DNA of 64,000 nucleotides from an uncultured Gammaproteobacteria bacterium (GCA_965652415.1 CBFGVH010000003.1:4782-68781); one strand, 5' to 3'; shown: positions 33,207 to 43,380, counted from the stretch's first letter. Translations and numbers: made by a program. The notes: generated from the letters alone by a model not told the origin.

Positions 33207-34171
33207 CCGATCCTGCCGTGGCCAAGGCATCGGGACTGGCCCGCTATTACGAGGTCGGCCAGGGACTGCTGGCGCGCTCACGGACCTTGAAGGCACTCGA
33301 CGGCGTGAGCTTCTCGCTGGCCGCCGGCAGAACGCTGGCGGTGGTCGGCGAGTCGGGGTGCGGCAAGTCGACCCTGGCACGGCTTGTCACACTGATCGAA
33401 CCGCCCACCGCCGGTACGCTGATGATCGAGGGCGTCGACGTCGCCGGCCACGGCGCGGCGGCGATCCGCGAACTTCGCCGCAAGGTGCAGATCGTGTTCC
33501 AGGACCCGTACGGTTCGCTCAATCCGCGCAAGAAGGTCGGCGCCATTCTCGAGGAACCCCTGCGCATCAACACCGACATGCCGGCGCCGGCGCGCCGCGA
33601 CGCCGCCCGCGAGATGCTCGACCGGGTTGGCCTGAGGCCGGAGCACTACCGCCGCTACCCGCACATGTTCTCCGGCGGCCAGCGCCAGCGTATCGCCATC
33701 GCCCGCGCATTGATGCTGCGCCCGAAGCTGGTGGTGGCCGACGAACCGGTGTCGGCGCTGGACGTATCGATCCAGGCCCAGGTGCTGAACCTGCTGATGG
33801 AGCTTCAGGAGGAGTACCACCTCGCATACCTGTTCATCTCCCATGGCCTGAGCGTGGTGGAGCACATCAGCGACGAGGTGATGGTCATGTACCTCGGCCG
33901 CGCGGTGGAACAGGGGCCGAAGGCCGAGATCTTCGGCAATCCGCGCCACCCCTATACCAGGGCGCTGCTGGCGAGCACGCCGTTCGTCGATCCCGCACGA
34001 CGCGCCGAACGGGTGGTGCTGTCCGGCGAACTGCCCTCGCCACTGGATCCGCCGGGCGGCTGCGCCTTTCACAAGCGCTGTCCCATCGCCATGGAACGCT
34101 GCCGCGTCGAGAGGCCGGAACTCGTCCGGCACGGCGCGGTGGACGTCGCCTGCCACGCCGTGTCCGGCTGA
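33203..34171 (+). CDS. dppF: Dipeptide ABC transporter ATP-binding protein
   Basis: The ATG at 33203 overlaps the dppD stop (ATGA). Walker [10 protein letters not shown], signature FSGGQRQR, Walker [13 protein letters not shown]. Confidence 0.93.
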   Translation: MTDPAVAKASGLARYYEVGQGLLARSRTLKALDGVSFSLAAGRTLAVVGESGCGKSTLARLVTLIEPPTAGTLMIEGVDVAGHGAAAIRELRRKVQIVFQDPYGSLNPRKKVGAILEEPLRINTDMPAPARRDAAREMLDRVGLRPEHYRRYPHMFSGGQRQRIAIARALMLRPKLVVADEPVSALDVSIQAQVLNLLMELQEEYHLAYLFISHGLSVVEHISDEVMVMYLGRAVEQGPKAEIFGNPRHPYTRALLASTPFVDPARRAERVVLSGELPSPLDPPGGCAFHKRCPIAMERCRVERPELVRHGAVDVACHAVSG

Positions 34172-34302
34172 ACCGCCCCTCGGGCGCGAGCGGCAGGAAA
34201 TTGCCCCTGAAATTGCCATATTTTCAGCTTGATTTGCGGACCCGATTGCTATTATTTAGCATCTTCGCAGTGTCACCATCGCGCCTCGCGCGCCGCAATC
34301 TC

Positions 34303-36504
34303 ATGTTTCATCGCCCGATCCGCAGCCTGATCGCCGCACATTCCCTCGCCCGGCCGCGCCCGGCAGCCTTCCTGGCGGCGAGCCTGCTGGCTCTCGCGGC
34401 GGCACTCGCGACACCGCCGATCGCGGCCAGCACGCCGCCTCCGGGGTCCCTCGACATCGAGAAAAAGCACCTGTTCGTCGCCCAGCTCGTGCGCAGCTAC
34501 ATGGACCGCCGGCACTACGTGAAGGCACCGCTTGACGACGAGCTGTCGGTGCGCATTCTCGAGCGCTACCTCACTTCGCTCGATCCCGAGCGGATGTACT
34601 TCCTGCAGCAGGACGTCAGCAAGTTCGAGGAGATCCGCCACGAGTTCGACGACTTCATCGAGCAGAGCCGACTGGAGCCGGCGTTCGCCATATTCCTCGT
34701 CTACCGCTCGCGGGTGCGCCAGCAGGTGGAGACCGCCATGGCGGTGCTCGAGAAGCCGTTCGACTTCACCGTCGACGAGACCCTGCGCGTCGACCGCGAG
34801 GGTGCGCCGTGGGCGACCACGCGGGAGGAACTCGACGAGCTGTGGCGCAAGCGCGTCAAGAACGACATGATCGGCCTGATGCTGTCCGGCAAGGAGGAGG
34901 ACGAGGCGCGCGAGACGTTGAGCAGGCGCTACGAGCAGATTCGCAATCGTACCGACCAGCTCAACGCCAACGACGTGTTCCAGTTCTACACCAACGCCTA
35001 CCTGTTGTCGGTGGAACCGCATACCAGCTACCTTTCGCCGCGCGCCTCGGAGAACTTCCGGATTCGCATGAGCCTGTCGCTGGAGGGCATCGGCGCGGTG
35101 TTGCAGAGCGAAAACGAGTACACCAAGGTCACCCGGGTGGTGACCGGCGGGCCGGCCGACATGTCGGGATCGCTGAAGGCCGGCGATCGTATAGTCGGAG
35201 TCGCCCAGGGCACGGACGGCGAGGTGACCGACGTCATCGGCTGGCGCCTCGACGACGTGGTCGACCTGATCCGCGGACCCAAGGGAAGCGTGGTGAGGCT
35301 GAGGATCCTGCCGGACCGGGCGGTCGGCCTCGGCGAAACCCGGGTCATCGCCATCACCCGCGACAAGATCAACCTCGAGGAACAGGCGGCCAACAAATCC
35401 GTCCAGGAAGTCGAGCACGGCGGGCGCACCTACAAGCTCGGCGTGATCACCGTGCCCACTTTCTACGCGGATTTCGAAGGGCGCAGCAACGGCGACGCCG
35501 AGTACCGCAGCACCACCAAGGACGTTCGCGAGCTGATCCGCGAACTCGAGGGGGAGAACATCGACGCCCTGATCGTCGACCTGCGCAGCAACGGCGGCGG
35601 AGCGCTGTCCGAGGCGATCTCCCTGACCGGACTCTTCATCGACAGCGGCCCCATCGTCCAGGTTCGCGACAGCGCCGGGCGCATCCGCGTCAACGTCGAC
35701 CCCGACCCGACGGTCAGCTACACGGGGCCCCTGGCGGTCATGGTGGATCGTAACTCCGCCTCGGCATCGGAGATCTTCGCCGGCGCGATCCAGGACTACC
35801 GTCGAGGCCTGGTCATCGGCGAGCCGACCTTCGGCAAGGGTACCGTGCAGAACCTGGTGTCGCTCGACCAGCACAGTCGCGACGACGTCGATCTCGGGCA
35901 GTTGAAGCTGACCGTGGCGCAGTTCTTCCGGATCACGGGTGACAGCACCCAGCACCGCGGCGTGGTGCCGGACATCATGTTTCCGACCGCCATCGACTCG
36001 CACCGGGAAGGCGAGCGCTCGTTCGACAACGCGCTGCCGTGGAGCCGGATAAGCGCCACCGACTACGACACCGCCTACACGACCGTCGACAACGGCATCG
36101 TGGGCGAGCTGGCACGGCGCTTCGAGTCGCGCAGGGACGAATCGATCGGGCTGCGCTACCTCGTCGACTCGGAGAAGTTCACCGCCGAGGCGAGCGACAT
36201 CACCGAGATCAGCCTCAATCTCGCCACGCGCCGTGCCGAACTCGAAGAGCGGCGCGCGCGCGGCGCCCGCATCGAGAACCGGCTGCGCGAGGCGCGCGGG
36301 CTGCCGCCGGTCGACGAATCGCTCGACCTCGTCGCTGCCGAGGAAACCGCGGCGGTCGAGGATGACGACGACGACGGCTTTCCCCCGGACGTTCTCCTCG
36401 AGGAAGCCGGGCACATCCTCGCGGACCTGATCGCGCTGAAGGCCGACGACACCCGCCTGGCACACTCCGCGACCGCCCCGGACGAAGGCGAGGCGCGCAA
36501 CTGA
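34303..36504 (+). CDS. prc: Tail-specific (carboxy-terminal processing) protease
   Basis: Internal ATG at 34303, 733 aa. Signal sequence, PDZ region (LEGIGAVLQ..), S41 catalytic region (RSNGGGALSEA, SASASEIFAGA, FGKGTVQ). Confidence 0.9.
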   Translation: MFHRPIRSLIAAHSLARPRPAAFLAASLLALAAALATPPIAASTPPPGSLDIEKKHLFVAQLVRSYMDRRHYVKAPLDDELSVRILERYLTSLDPERMYFLQQDVSKFEEIRHEFDDFIEQSRLEPAFAIFLVYRSRVRQQVETAMAVLEKPFDFTVDETLRVDREGAPWATTREELDELWRKRVKNDMIGLMLSGKEEDEARETLSRRYEQIRNRTDQLNANDVFQFYTNAYLLSVEPHTSYLSPRASENFRIRMSLSLEGIGAVLQSENEYTKVTRVVTGGPADMSGSLKAGDRIVGVAQGTDGEVTDVIGWRLDDVVDLIRGPKGSVVRLRILPDRAVGLGETRVIAITRDKINLEEQAANKSVQEVEHGGRTYKLGVITVPTFYADFEGRSNGDAEYRSTTKDVRELIRELEGENIDALIVDLRSNGGGALSEAISLTGLFIDSGPIVQVRDSAGRIRVNVDPDPTVSYTGPLAVMVDRNSASASEIFAGAIQDYRRGLVIGEPTFGKGTVQNLVSLDQHSRDDVDLGQLKLTVAQFFRITGDSTQHRGVVPDIMFPTAIDSHREGERSFDNALPWSRISATDYDTAYTTVDNGIVGELARRFESRRDESIGLRYLVDSEKFTAEASDITEISLNLATRRAELEERRARGARIENRLREARGLPPVDESLDLVAAEETAAVEDDDDDGFPPDVLLEEAGHILADLIALKADDTRLAHSATAPDEGEARN

Positions 36505-36573
36505 CGCCGCCGGCATCGCCCTCGCCGGGAGGGCCCTGCCGGACGGCTTCCCGTTCCCGATTCCACGGCAACC

Positions 36574-37821
36574 ATGGAATTTTCACGATTCGGACGGTTC
36601 CTGACCCAGGGGTCGGGCATCGTCCAGCTCATGGAGGACCTGGGCGAGGCCGCCGGGCAAGACGACGTATGCATGCTCGGCGGGGGCAATCCGGGTGCCA
36701 TCGCACCGATGCAGGCGTTCTTCCGGGAAGCCATGTCGCGCCTCGTATCGGACGGCGAGCGCTTCGACCGGGTGATCGGCCGCTACGACAGTCCCGCGGG
36801 CGACCTCGATTTCCGCCGCGCCCTGGCGACACTGCTCCGGAACATCCACGGCTGGGACATCGACGCCGCCAACATCGCCGTCACCAACGGCAGCCAGTCG
36901 ACGTTCTTCGTGCTGTTCAACCTGTTCTCCGGCGCGTTCCCCGACGGCTCGACGCGCAGGATCGCGCTGCCGCTGACGCCCGAGTACATCGGCTACGCCG
37001 ATACCGGGCTCGGTGCCGACATCTTCACCGCCAACCGGCCCAGCATCGAGCTCTTAGAGGACAACCTTTTCAAGTACCACGTCGATGTCGAGCGGCTCGA
37101 CATCGACGACGGCATCGGCGCACTGTGCGTGTCGCGTCCGACCAACCCCACCGGCAACGTGCTGACCGACGGCGAAGTCCGCGTGCTTGCCGACCTCGCC
37201 CGTCTCCGCGGCATTCCGCTGATCCTCGACTGCGCCTACGGCACGCCCTTTCCCAACATCATCTTCACCGACGCCGAGCCGTTCTGGGACCCGGGGATCG
37301 TGCTGTGCCTGAGCCTGTCCAAGCTCGGCCTGCCCGGAGTGCGCACCGGGATCGTGGTCGCCGACGAGCCGGTCATCCGCGCCATCGCCGCCGCCAACGC
37401 CATCGTCAGCCTGGCGCCCGGCAGCATCGGCCCGGCCCTGGTCACCGACGCCATCGAAAGCGGCGCCATCATCGAGCTGGCCAACCGGCACGTGCGGCCG
37501 TTCTACCGGGACAAGGCCATGGCCACGGTGGCGTTGCTGCGCGAGGCACTGGCTGGCCTGCCGTACCGGATTCACCGCCCCGAGGGGGCCATCTTCCTTT
37601 GGCTGTGGTTTGAGAACATGCCGATCACCAGCGACGAACTCTACCGGCGCCTGAAGACGCGCGGCGTGTTCGTCATCGCCGGCGAGCATTTCTTTCCGGG
37701 ACTGGCGGGCAGCTGGCGCCACCGCCACGAGTGCATCCGGGTGAGCTATGCCCAGGACGCCGATGCGGTGCGCAGGGGGGTGGCCGTCATCGCCGAGGAA
37801 GTGCGTCGCGCCTACGGCTGA
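36574..37821 (+). CDS. avtA: Valine-pyruvate aminotransferase
   Basis: 415 aa. MEFSRFGRFLTQGSGIVQLMEDL..MLGGGNP parallels the E. coli AvtA N-terminus. PLP lysine context SLSKLGLPG. Confidence 0.88.
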   Translation: MEFSRFGRFLTQGSGIVQLMEDLGEAAGQDDVCMLGGGNPGAIAPMQAFFREAMSRLVSDGERFDRVIGRYDSPAGDLDFRRALATLLRNIHGWDIDAANIAVTNGSQSTFFVLFNLFSGAFPDGSTRRIALPLTPEYIGYADTGLGADIFTANRPSIELLEDNLFKYHVDVERLDIDDGIGALCVSRPTNPTGNVLTDGEVRVLADLARLRGIPLILDCAYGTPFPNIIFTDAEPFWDPGIVLCLSLSKLGLPGVRTGIVVADEPVIRAIAAANAIVSLAPGSIGPALVTDAIESGAIIELANRHVRPFYRDKAMATVALLREALAGLPYRIHRPEGAIFLWLWFENMPITSDELYRRLKTRGVFVIAGEHFFPGLAGSWRHRHECIRVSYAQDADAVRRGVAVIAEEVRRAYG

Positions 37822-38357
37822 ACCAGCCGCCGGTACACGGGCCACAGGACGCGGACGGTTTCGGCCAGTTCCGCCGGGCGCTCGGCGAGCCAGCGGTCGA
37901 GGGCGCCCGGCGTGAACCAGCCGCCGTCGTCGATCTCGTCCGGATCGAGCCGGAAAGGCCCTTGCGCGTTGCAGCGATAGATCCAGCTGAACTCGTACCC
38001 GGTCGCGGGGCTCGCCGCCAGCTTGAACAGCCGCTCGGGCGGCGCGCCGAGCGACAGGCCGATCTCCTCGCGCGCCTCGCGCAGCACGCAGTCGTCGTAG
38101 CTCTCGCCGGCGTCGACATGACCGGCCACCGACGAGTCCCACAGGCCCGGGTTGTTGTCCTTGGCCAGCGAGCGCTTCTGCAGGAACACCTCGCCGGCGC
38201 CGTTGAAGACCAGCAGGTGGGTGGAGCGGTGCAGCAGGTCGCGGCGGTGGACCTCGCCGCGGGTGCACCTGGCGACCACCCGGTCGTGGCGGTCGACCAC
38301 GTCGAGCAACTCGCCGGCGATCGCGCTGGCGGCCGAGGCGATTTCGCTGTAGGTCAC
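37812..38357 (-). CDS. NUDIX hydrolase, YfcD-like
   Basis: The GTG at 38357 overlaps the pdxH stop (GTGA). 181 aa. NUDIX box GHVDAGESYDDCVLREAREEIGL. HRSTHLLVFNGAGEVFLQKRS..KDNNPG resembles E. coli YfcD. Confidence 0.8.
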   Translation of the reverse strand: MTYSEIASAASAIAGELLDVVDRHDRVVARCTRGEVHRRDLLHRSTHLLVFNGAGEVFLQKRSLAKDNNPGLWDSSVAGHVDAGESYDDCVLREAREEIGLSLGAPPERLFKLAASPATGYEFSWIYRCNAQGPFRLDPDEIDDGGWFTPGALDRWLAERPAELAETVRVLWPVYRRLVQP

Positions 38358-38989
38358 GGGCTGACGCGCCGAATGTCCCAACCGTCGCCGGCGCGGTGGT
38401 ACTGGAAGCGGTCGTGCAGGCGGTTCTTGCGCCCCTGCCAGAACTCGATCATGCGCGGCGTCACCCGGTAGCCGCCCCAGAAGTCGGGCAGCGGCACCTC
38501 GCGGTTTCGAAACTTCTCCATCACCTGGTTGAAGGCCTTTTCCAGCACCTGGCGCGAGCCGATGACCTGGCTCTGGTTCGATGCCCAGGCACCGACCTGG
38601 CTGCCGCGCGGGCGCGAGAGAAAGTAGTTCAGCGATTCCGCCGTCGACACCCGCGCGACGGTGCCGTGAACGATGACCTGCCGCCCCTGCAGGATCCACG
38701 GAAACAGGAGCGCGGCGTTGGGGTTCTCCTCGATCTGCTTCGCCTTGGTGCTGCCGTAGTTGGTGAAGAACACGAAGCCGTCGGCATCGTAGAACTTGAG
38801 CAGGACTGTACGGATCGTCGGCACCCCCTCCTTCGAGGCAGTGGCGAGGCTCATCGCATTGGGGACGCCGACGCCGTCGTCCGCGGCCTCGCCATACCAC
38901 TTCTCGAATTGCCTGACGGGATCGGCGGCGAGATCGGATTCTTCCAGCCCGTCGCGGCTGAACTCGATGGAGAATTCCTTGACACGCAT
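38354..38989 (-). CDS. pdxH: Pyridoxamine 5'-phosphate oxidase
   Basis: Internal ATG at 38989, 211 aa. NAMSLATASKEGVPTIRTVLLK..FFTNYGS.K..EFWQGRKNRLHDR. Confidence 0.93.
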   Translation of the reverse strand: MRVKEFSIEFSRDGLEESDLAADPVRQFEKWYGEAADDGVGVPNAMSLATASKEGVPTIRTVLLKFYDADGFVFFTNYGSTKAKQIEENPNAALLFPWILQGRQVIVHGTVARVSTAESLNYFLSRPRGSQVGAWASNQSQVIGSRQVLEKAFNQVMEKFRNREVPLPDFWGGYRVTPRMIEFWQGRKNRLHDRFQYHRAGDGWDIRRVSP

Positions 38990-39072
38990 GGCGCGGCAAT
39001 CACCTCGGCTGCAAGGTAAGGATGAAAGGGGAGAATGGAGATAGAATATAGCGCTTTTGGGACGCCACTTCG

Positions 39073-39870
39073 ATGCTCGCACCCATCCCCGAGATCAGCG
39101 ACGACATCATCGCCACCGCGCTGGCGCTGGCCGATATCGCCCGCGAGACGACGCGCACCTACTTCCGGCGGCCGCTGACCGTCGACCGCAAGGGCGATTC
39201 GACGCCGGTCACCATCGCCGACCGCGAGACCGAACAGCGCATGCGCGAGTTGATCGGCCAGCGCCACGGCGACCACGGAATCGTGGGCGAGGAGTTCGGC
39301 ACACACCTCGGCGAATCGGCCTGGACCTGGATCCTCGACCCCATCGACGGCACCAAGAGTTTCGTTTCAGGCAAGCCTACCTACGGCAGCCTGGTGGCGC
39401 TGGTGCACGACTCGACGCCGGTAGTCGGGGTCATCGAAATTCCCTGCCAGGACGAGCGCTGGCTCGGCGTCGCCGGGCGCGCGACCGCGTTCAACGGCGC
39501 GCCCTGCCGGGTGTCCTCCGCCGACCGGCTCGATGCCGCGGTGATGCTCGCCACCACCCCGGACATGTTCGACGAGGCCGACTGGCCAGTGTTCGAATAC
39601 GTCAGCCGCCGCGCCCGGGCCCGCGCCTTCGGCACCGACTGCTACGGCTACGGCCTGCTCGCCTCGGGATTCTGCGACGTGGTGATGGAGGCGGACCTGG
39701 AGCCCTACGACTACATGGCGCTGGTGCCCGTCGTCGAGGGCGCGGGGGGAATCATCACCGACTGGAAGGGGGCGGCCCTCGACAAGAACTCCGACGGCCG
39801 CGTGCTGGCCAGCGCGACGCGCGCGCTGCATGACGAGATCCTCGCCCTGATCGCCGGCCGGCGCGGATGA
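39073..39870 (+). CDS. Inositol-monophosphatase-family phosphatase (HisN-like histidinol-phosphatase or other IMPase/CysQ-type enzyme)
   Basis: 265 aa. PVTIADRETEQ, WILDPIDGTKSF, YDYMALVPVVEGAGG. The last motif looks more like HisN than SuhB or CysQ, but the subfamily cannot be settled by eye. Confidence 0.8.
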   Translation: MLAPIPEISDDIIATALALADIARETTRTYFRRPLTVDRKGDSTPVTIADRETEQRMRELIGQRHGDHGIVGEEFGTHLGESAWTWILDPIDGTKSFVSGKPTYGSLVALVHDSTPVVGVIEIPCQDERWLGVAGRATAFNGAPCRVSSADRLDAAVMLATTPDMFDEADWPVFEYVSRRARARAFGTDCYGYGLLASGFCDVVMEADLEPYDYMALVPVVEGAGGIITDWKGAALDKNSDGRVLASATRALHDEILALIAGRRG

Positions 39871-40736
39871 AGGTACTCGTACTGGGCCTGGCCAAGAGCG
39901 GCACGACCGCGCTCGCCTACAAGATCCACGAGGCCCTCGGCGCGCACGCGGCGCTCAATTTCGAGCCCGGCAAGGGCGCCGGTGCCGAGGACCTCGAACT
40001 GCACCGGGAACTCACCGCGGCTGCCGGCCCGCTCGTCACCAAGAACCTCGTGTTTCCGACCACGGAAACACGCTGGGACGCCATCTTCGACAACGCCGCC
40101 CGCTACGACCGCGCCGTGTGGATCGCGCGCGACCCGCGCGACATCATCATCAGCAACTTCTTCTATCACTGGTTCGGCGGTCACAAGGCCGAGCGGGCGA
40201 AGTTCGAGGAGGCGCTGGCGCGCACCCGGCGCAAGGAAGACGATCCGGGCACGGTGCCGTTCATCGACCTCGTCGCCGGCACCATGACCGAGAGCCGCGC
40301 CCAGCTCGCCGCGTGGCAGTCGAGCTGGTACGACATCCTCGCCGGCGCCGCCGAGGGCATCGCCTCGCGCATGATCGTGTTCCGTTACGAGGACTTCGTC
40401 GACTCTCGCTTCGACGACCTCAATGCCGCGCTCGGCCTCGCGCTGGCGGGCGAGACCCGCGTTCCCGAGGAGCATCAGCGAGTAGCGCGCACGCGCGGCT
40501 ACGGCAACTGGCGCCGCTGGTTCACCGCCGAGGACGTCGAGTTCTTCCGCCCCATCCTCTCGCGTTATCTCGCCGTCATGGGCTACGACCCGGACGACTG
40601 GATCCTGGAGCCGGTCGACCGGCTGCCGTCGGCCGAGGGATCCGGGTACATGGAGAAGCTCTACACCAGGCGCGACAAGCCGGCGGCCGCTTCGCTCATG
40701 CGGCGGGTCGCGGCAAGAATCCGGTCACTGCGCTGA
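39867..40736 (+). CDS. PAPS-dependent sulfotransferase-family protein
   Basis: 289 aa. 5'-PSB-like LGLAKSGTT at the N-terminus and 3'-PB-like RDPRDIIISNFFYHWF. The ATG overlaps the upstream stop (ATGA). Confidence 0.7.
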   Translation: MKVLVLGLAKSGTTALAYKIHEALGAHAALNFEPGKGAGAEDLELHRELTAAAGPLVTKNLVFPTTETRWDAIFDNAARYDRAVWIARDPRDIIISNFFYHWFGGHKAERAKFEEALARTRRKEDDPGTVPFIDLVAGTMTESRAQLAAWQSSWYDILAGAAEGIASRMIVFRYEDFVDSRFDDLNAALGLALAGETRVPEEHQRVARTRGYGNWRRWFTAEDVEFFRPILSRYLAVMGYDPDDWILEPVDRLPSAEGSGYMEKLYTRRDKPAAASLMRRVAARIRSLR

Positions 40737-40744
40737 GACACCGC

Positions 40745-41551
40745 TCAGAGCCGCCGGTGGGACAACGCCGGCAGCCGCTCGCGGACGCGATTCAGCCGGT
40801 CGAGGTCGATATCGGCGCAGCAGATCCCCTCGCCGCGCGGCAGGCAGCCGAGCACCTCGCCGAACGGGCCGACGATCATGCTGTGCCCGAACGTCCGGCG
40901 CGCGTTCTCGTGGGTGCCGGCCTGGGCCGGGGCGATCACGTAGCAAAGGTTCTCGATGGCGCGGGCGCGCAGCAGCACGTTCCAGTGCGCCTCGCCGGTG
41001 GGAACCGTGAATGCCGAGGGCATGCTGAGCAACTGCGCGCCCTCGCCTGCGAGCCGCCGGTACAGTTCCGGGAAGCGCATGTCGTAGCAGATCGACAGGC
41101 CGATGGTGCCGAGCGAGGTCGCGGCACTCACCACGCGCTCGCCGTGAGCGGTGTAATCCGACTCGCGGTACGACTCGGTGTCGGACACGTCGACGTCGAA
41201 CAGGTGCATTTTCTCGTACACGGCCAGGGACCCGCCGCTTTCATCGTACAGCCGGCACGAACCGTACACCCGCGACTCGTCGGTGCTCGGCGCCGGGAAC
41301 GAACCGCCGACCAGCACGATCCCGTGTCGCGCCGCCTGGCGCGAGAGGAAGGCGTCGATCTCGTCGGCGCGCTCGCGGGCGCAGTCGAGAAGGGCCGACG
41401 AACGCGCCGGCATCAGGGCGAAGTTCTCGGGCAGCGCCACCAGGCGGGCGCCTTCGCCGGCGGCGTCGCCGATCAGTCGTTCGGCGCTGGCGAGGTTGGC
41501 GTCGACATCCGTGCCCGAGCACATCTGGATCACGGCGGCGCGGTAGCCCAT
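40745..41551 (-). CDS. Carbon-nitrogen hydrolase (nitrilase superfamily, omega-amidase-like)
   Basis: Internal ATG at 41551, 268 aa. [10 protein letters not shown].., LPENF, catalytic [15 protein letters not shown]. Confidence 0.88.
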   Translation of the reverse strand: MGYRAAVIQMCSGTDVDANLASAERLIGDAAGEGARLVALPENFALMPARSSALLDCARERADEIDAFLSRQAARHGIVLVGGSFPAPSTDESRVYGSCRLYDESGGSLAVYEKMHLFDVDVSDTESYRESDYTAHGERVVSAATSLGTIGLSICYDMRFPELYRRLAGEGAQLLSMPSAFTVPTGEAHWNVLLRARAIENLCYVIAPAQAGTHENARRTFGHSMIVGPFGEVLGCLPRGEGICCADIDLDRLNRVRERLPALSHRRL

Positions 41552-41552
41552 G

Positions 41553-41909
41553 TCAACCCCCGTCGGTGAGACTGACGTGGAGGATGTCGAGGCCACCCGA
41601 GCCCGGAACGAGTTCCATGTAACGCGACGGCACGCCGTAGGTCACAAGGTAGTCGCGGAACTCGACGCCCCAGCGGCTGCCGGCGTCGCCGCCGGGATGG
41701 CGGATGGTGAGCACGGTCTCCTCGCGCTCCTCGAAGCGCCCGAGCAGTTCGGCGACGACGTCGAGTTCCAGCACGCGCCCCCCGGCGGCGTGGCTTCGCC
41801 ACTCGTCGAGACCGACGGTCGCTTCCCACGCTGCCGCCGAGGCGATAGGGGCTGCCACCAGCACGGCAGCAACCAGCGCCGCCCGCGCCGATCTACACCA
41901 GTACCACAT
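41553..41909 (-). CDS. Small secreted hypothetical protein
   Basis: The ATG at 41909 gives 118 aa. Signal-like MWYWCRSARAALVAAVLVAAPIASAAA. No family recognised. Overlaps the rng 3' end by 17 nt and ends 1 nt before the nitrilase ATG. Confidence 0.5.
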   Translation of the reverse strand: MWYWCRSARAALVAAVLVAAPIASAAAWEATVGLDEWRSHAAGGRVLELDVVAELLGRFEEREETVLTIRHPGGDAGSRWGVEFRDYLVTYGVPSRYMELVPGSGGLDILHVSLTDGG

Positions 41910-43380
41910 CGAACACCTCCTGCGTATAGGCCGGCTCGACCTGGAGCTGGATCGGGCGCCGGATGAACTCCTGCAGGTCGGCAAGGCCGGTGGACTCCTC
42001 GTCCAGCAGCACGTCGATGACCACCTGCGCCGCCAGCACCATGAAACCCGTGGCCTCGAACTGGCGCGCCTCGCGCAGGATCTCGCGGAAGATCTCGTAG
42101 CACACGGTCTGCGGCGTCTTCTGCACGCCGCGGCCGGCGCACGCCGGGCACGGCTGGGTCAGGGTCCGCTCGAGACTTTCGCGGGTGCGCTTGCGGGTGA
42201 TCTCCACCAGCCCCAGCACCGACATGTCGGCGATATGGGCGCGGGCGCCGTCGCGGGCAAGCGCCTTCTCAAGCGCGCGCATCACCTGGCGGCGGTGTTC
42301 CTCCTGCTCCATGTCGATGAAGTCGACGATGATGATGCCGCCGATATTGCGCAACCTCAACTGGCGGGCGATGGTCTGCGCGGCCTCGAGGTTGGTCTTG
42401 AACAGCGTCTCCTCGAGGTTGCGCCGGCCGACAAAGGCGCCGGTGTTGACGTCGATGGTGGTCATCGCCTCGGTCTGGTCGATGACGAGATAACCACCGG
42501 ACTTGAGCTGCACCACGCGGTCCAGCGCGCGCTGGATCTCGTCCTCCACCGAGTACAGGTCGAAGATGGGCCGCTCGCCCGGGTAGTACTCCATCTTCTC
42601 GAGCACCTCCGGCACCAGTTCGCGGGCAAGATCGCGGGCCTTCTGGTAGGTCTCCCGGGAGTCGATGCGGATCTTCTCGATCTGGTCGGTGACCAGGTCG
42701 CGCAGGGCGCGCATGGCAAGCGGCAGGTCCTCGTGGACGAGGCCGGTGCCGACGTCGTCCATGTTCTTGCGCGCCCGCTCCCAGACCCGCTTCAGGAACT
42801 GCATGTCCTGGAGCATGTCGTCCTTGTCGGCCGACTCGCCGGCCGTGCGCACGATGAAGCCGCCGGCGATGGCGAGCTGCTCGCGGCTGTCGCGCACCGC
42901 CTGCTTGAGGCGCTCGCGCTCGTCGGGGTCGACGATGCGCTGCGACACGCCCACGTGGTCGGTGCCGGGCAGGTAGACGAGATTGCGTGACGGGATGGCG
43001 ATCTGCGTGGTCAGCCGCGCCCCCTTGCTGCCGATCGGATCCTTGACCACTTGTACCACGACCGACTGGCCCTCGCGCACCAGGGCGGCGATGGGCTGCT
43101 TGTCGCCGTTCTCGTCGGGCAGGTCGCAGGAGCGCACCTGGCCGTTGCCGGTGTCGATCACGATGTCGTCGGCGTGCAGGAACCCGGTACGCTCCAGGCC
43201 GATCTCGACGAACGCCGCCTGCATGCCCGGCAGCACGCGCACCACCTTGCCGCGGTAGATGTTGCCGACGATTCCCTTGCCGTGGCTGCGCTCGACGTGC
43301 ACCTCCTGCAGCACGCCGTTCTCGACCACGGCGACGCGAGTCTCCTGGGGAGTGATGTTGATCAGCAGTTCTTCGCTCAC
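41893..43380 (-). CDS. rng: Ribonuclease G
   Basis: 495 aa. MSEELLINITPQETRVAVVENGVLQEVHVER..NIYRGKVVRVLPGMQAAFVEIG (S1 domain) plus the RNase E/G catalytic core. Confidence 0.93.
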   Translation of the reverse strand: MSEELLINITPQETRVAVVENGVLQEVHVERSHGKGIVGNIYRGKVVRVLPGMQAAFVEIGLERTGFLHADDIVIDTGNGQVRSCDLPDENGDKQPIAALVREGQSVVVQVVKDPIGSKGARLTTQIAIPSRNLVYLPGTDHVGVSQRIVDPDERERLKQAVRDSREQLAIAGGFIVRTAGESADKDDMLQDMQFLKRVWERARKNMDDVGTGLVHEDLPLAMRALRDLVTDQIEKIRIDSRETYQKARDLARELVPEVLEKMEYYPGERPIFDLYSVEDEIQRALDRVVQLKSGGYLVIDQTEAMTTIDVNTGAFVGRRNLEETLFKTNLEAAQTIARQLRLRNIGGIIIVDFIDMEQEEHRRQVMRALEKALARDGARAHIADMSVLGLVEITRKRTRESLERTLTQPCPACAGRGVQKTPQTVCYEIFREILREARQFEATGFMVLAAQVVIDVLLDEESTGLADLQEFIRRPIQLQVEPAYTQEVFDVVLV

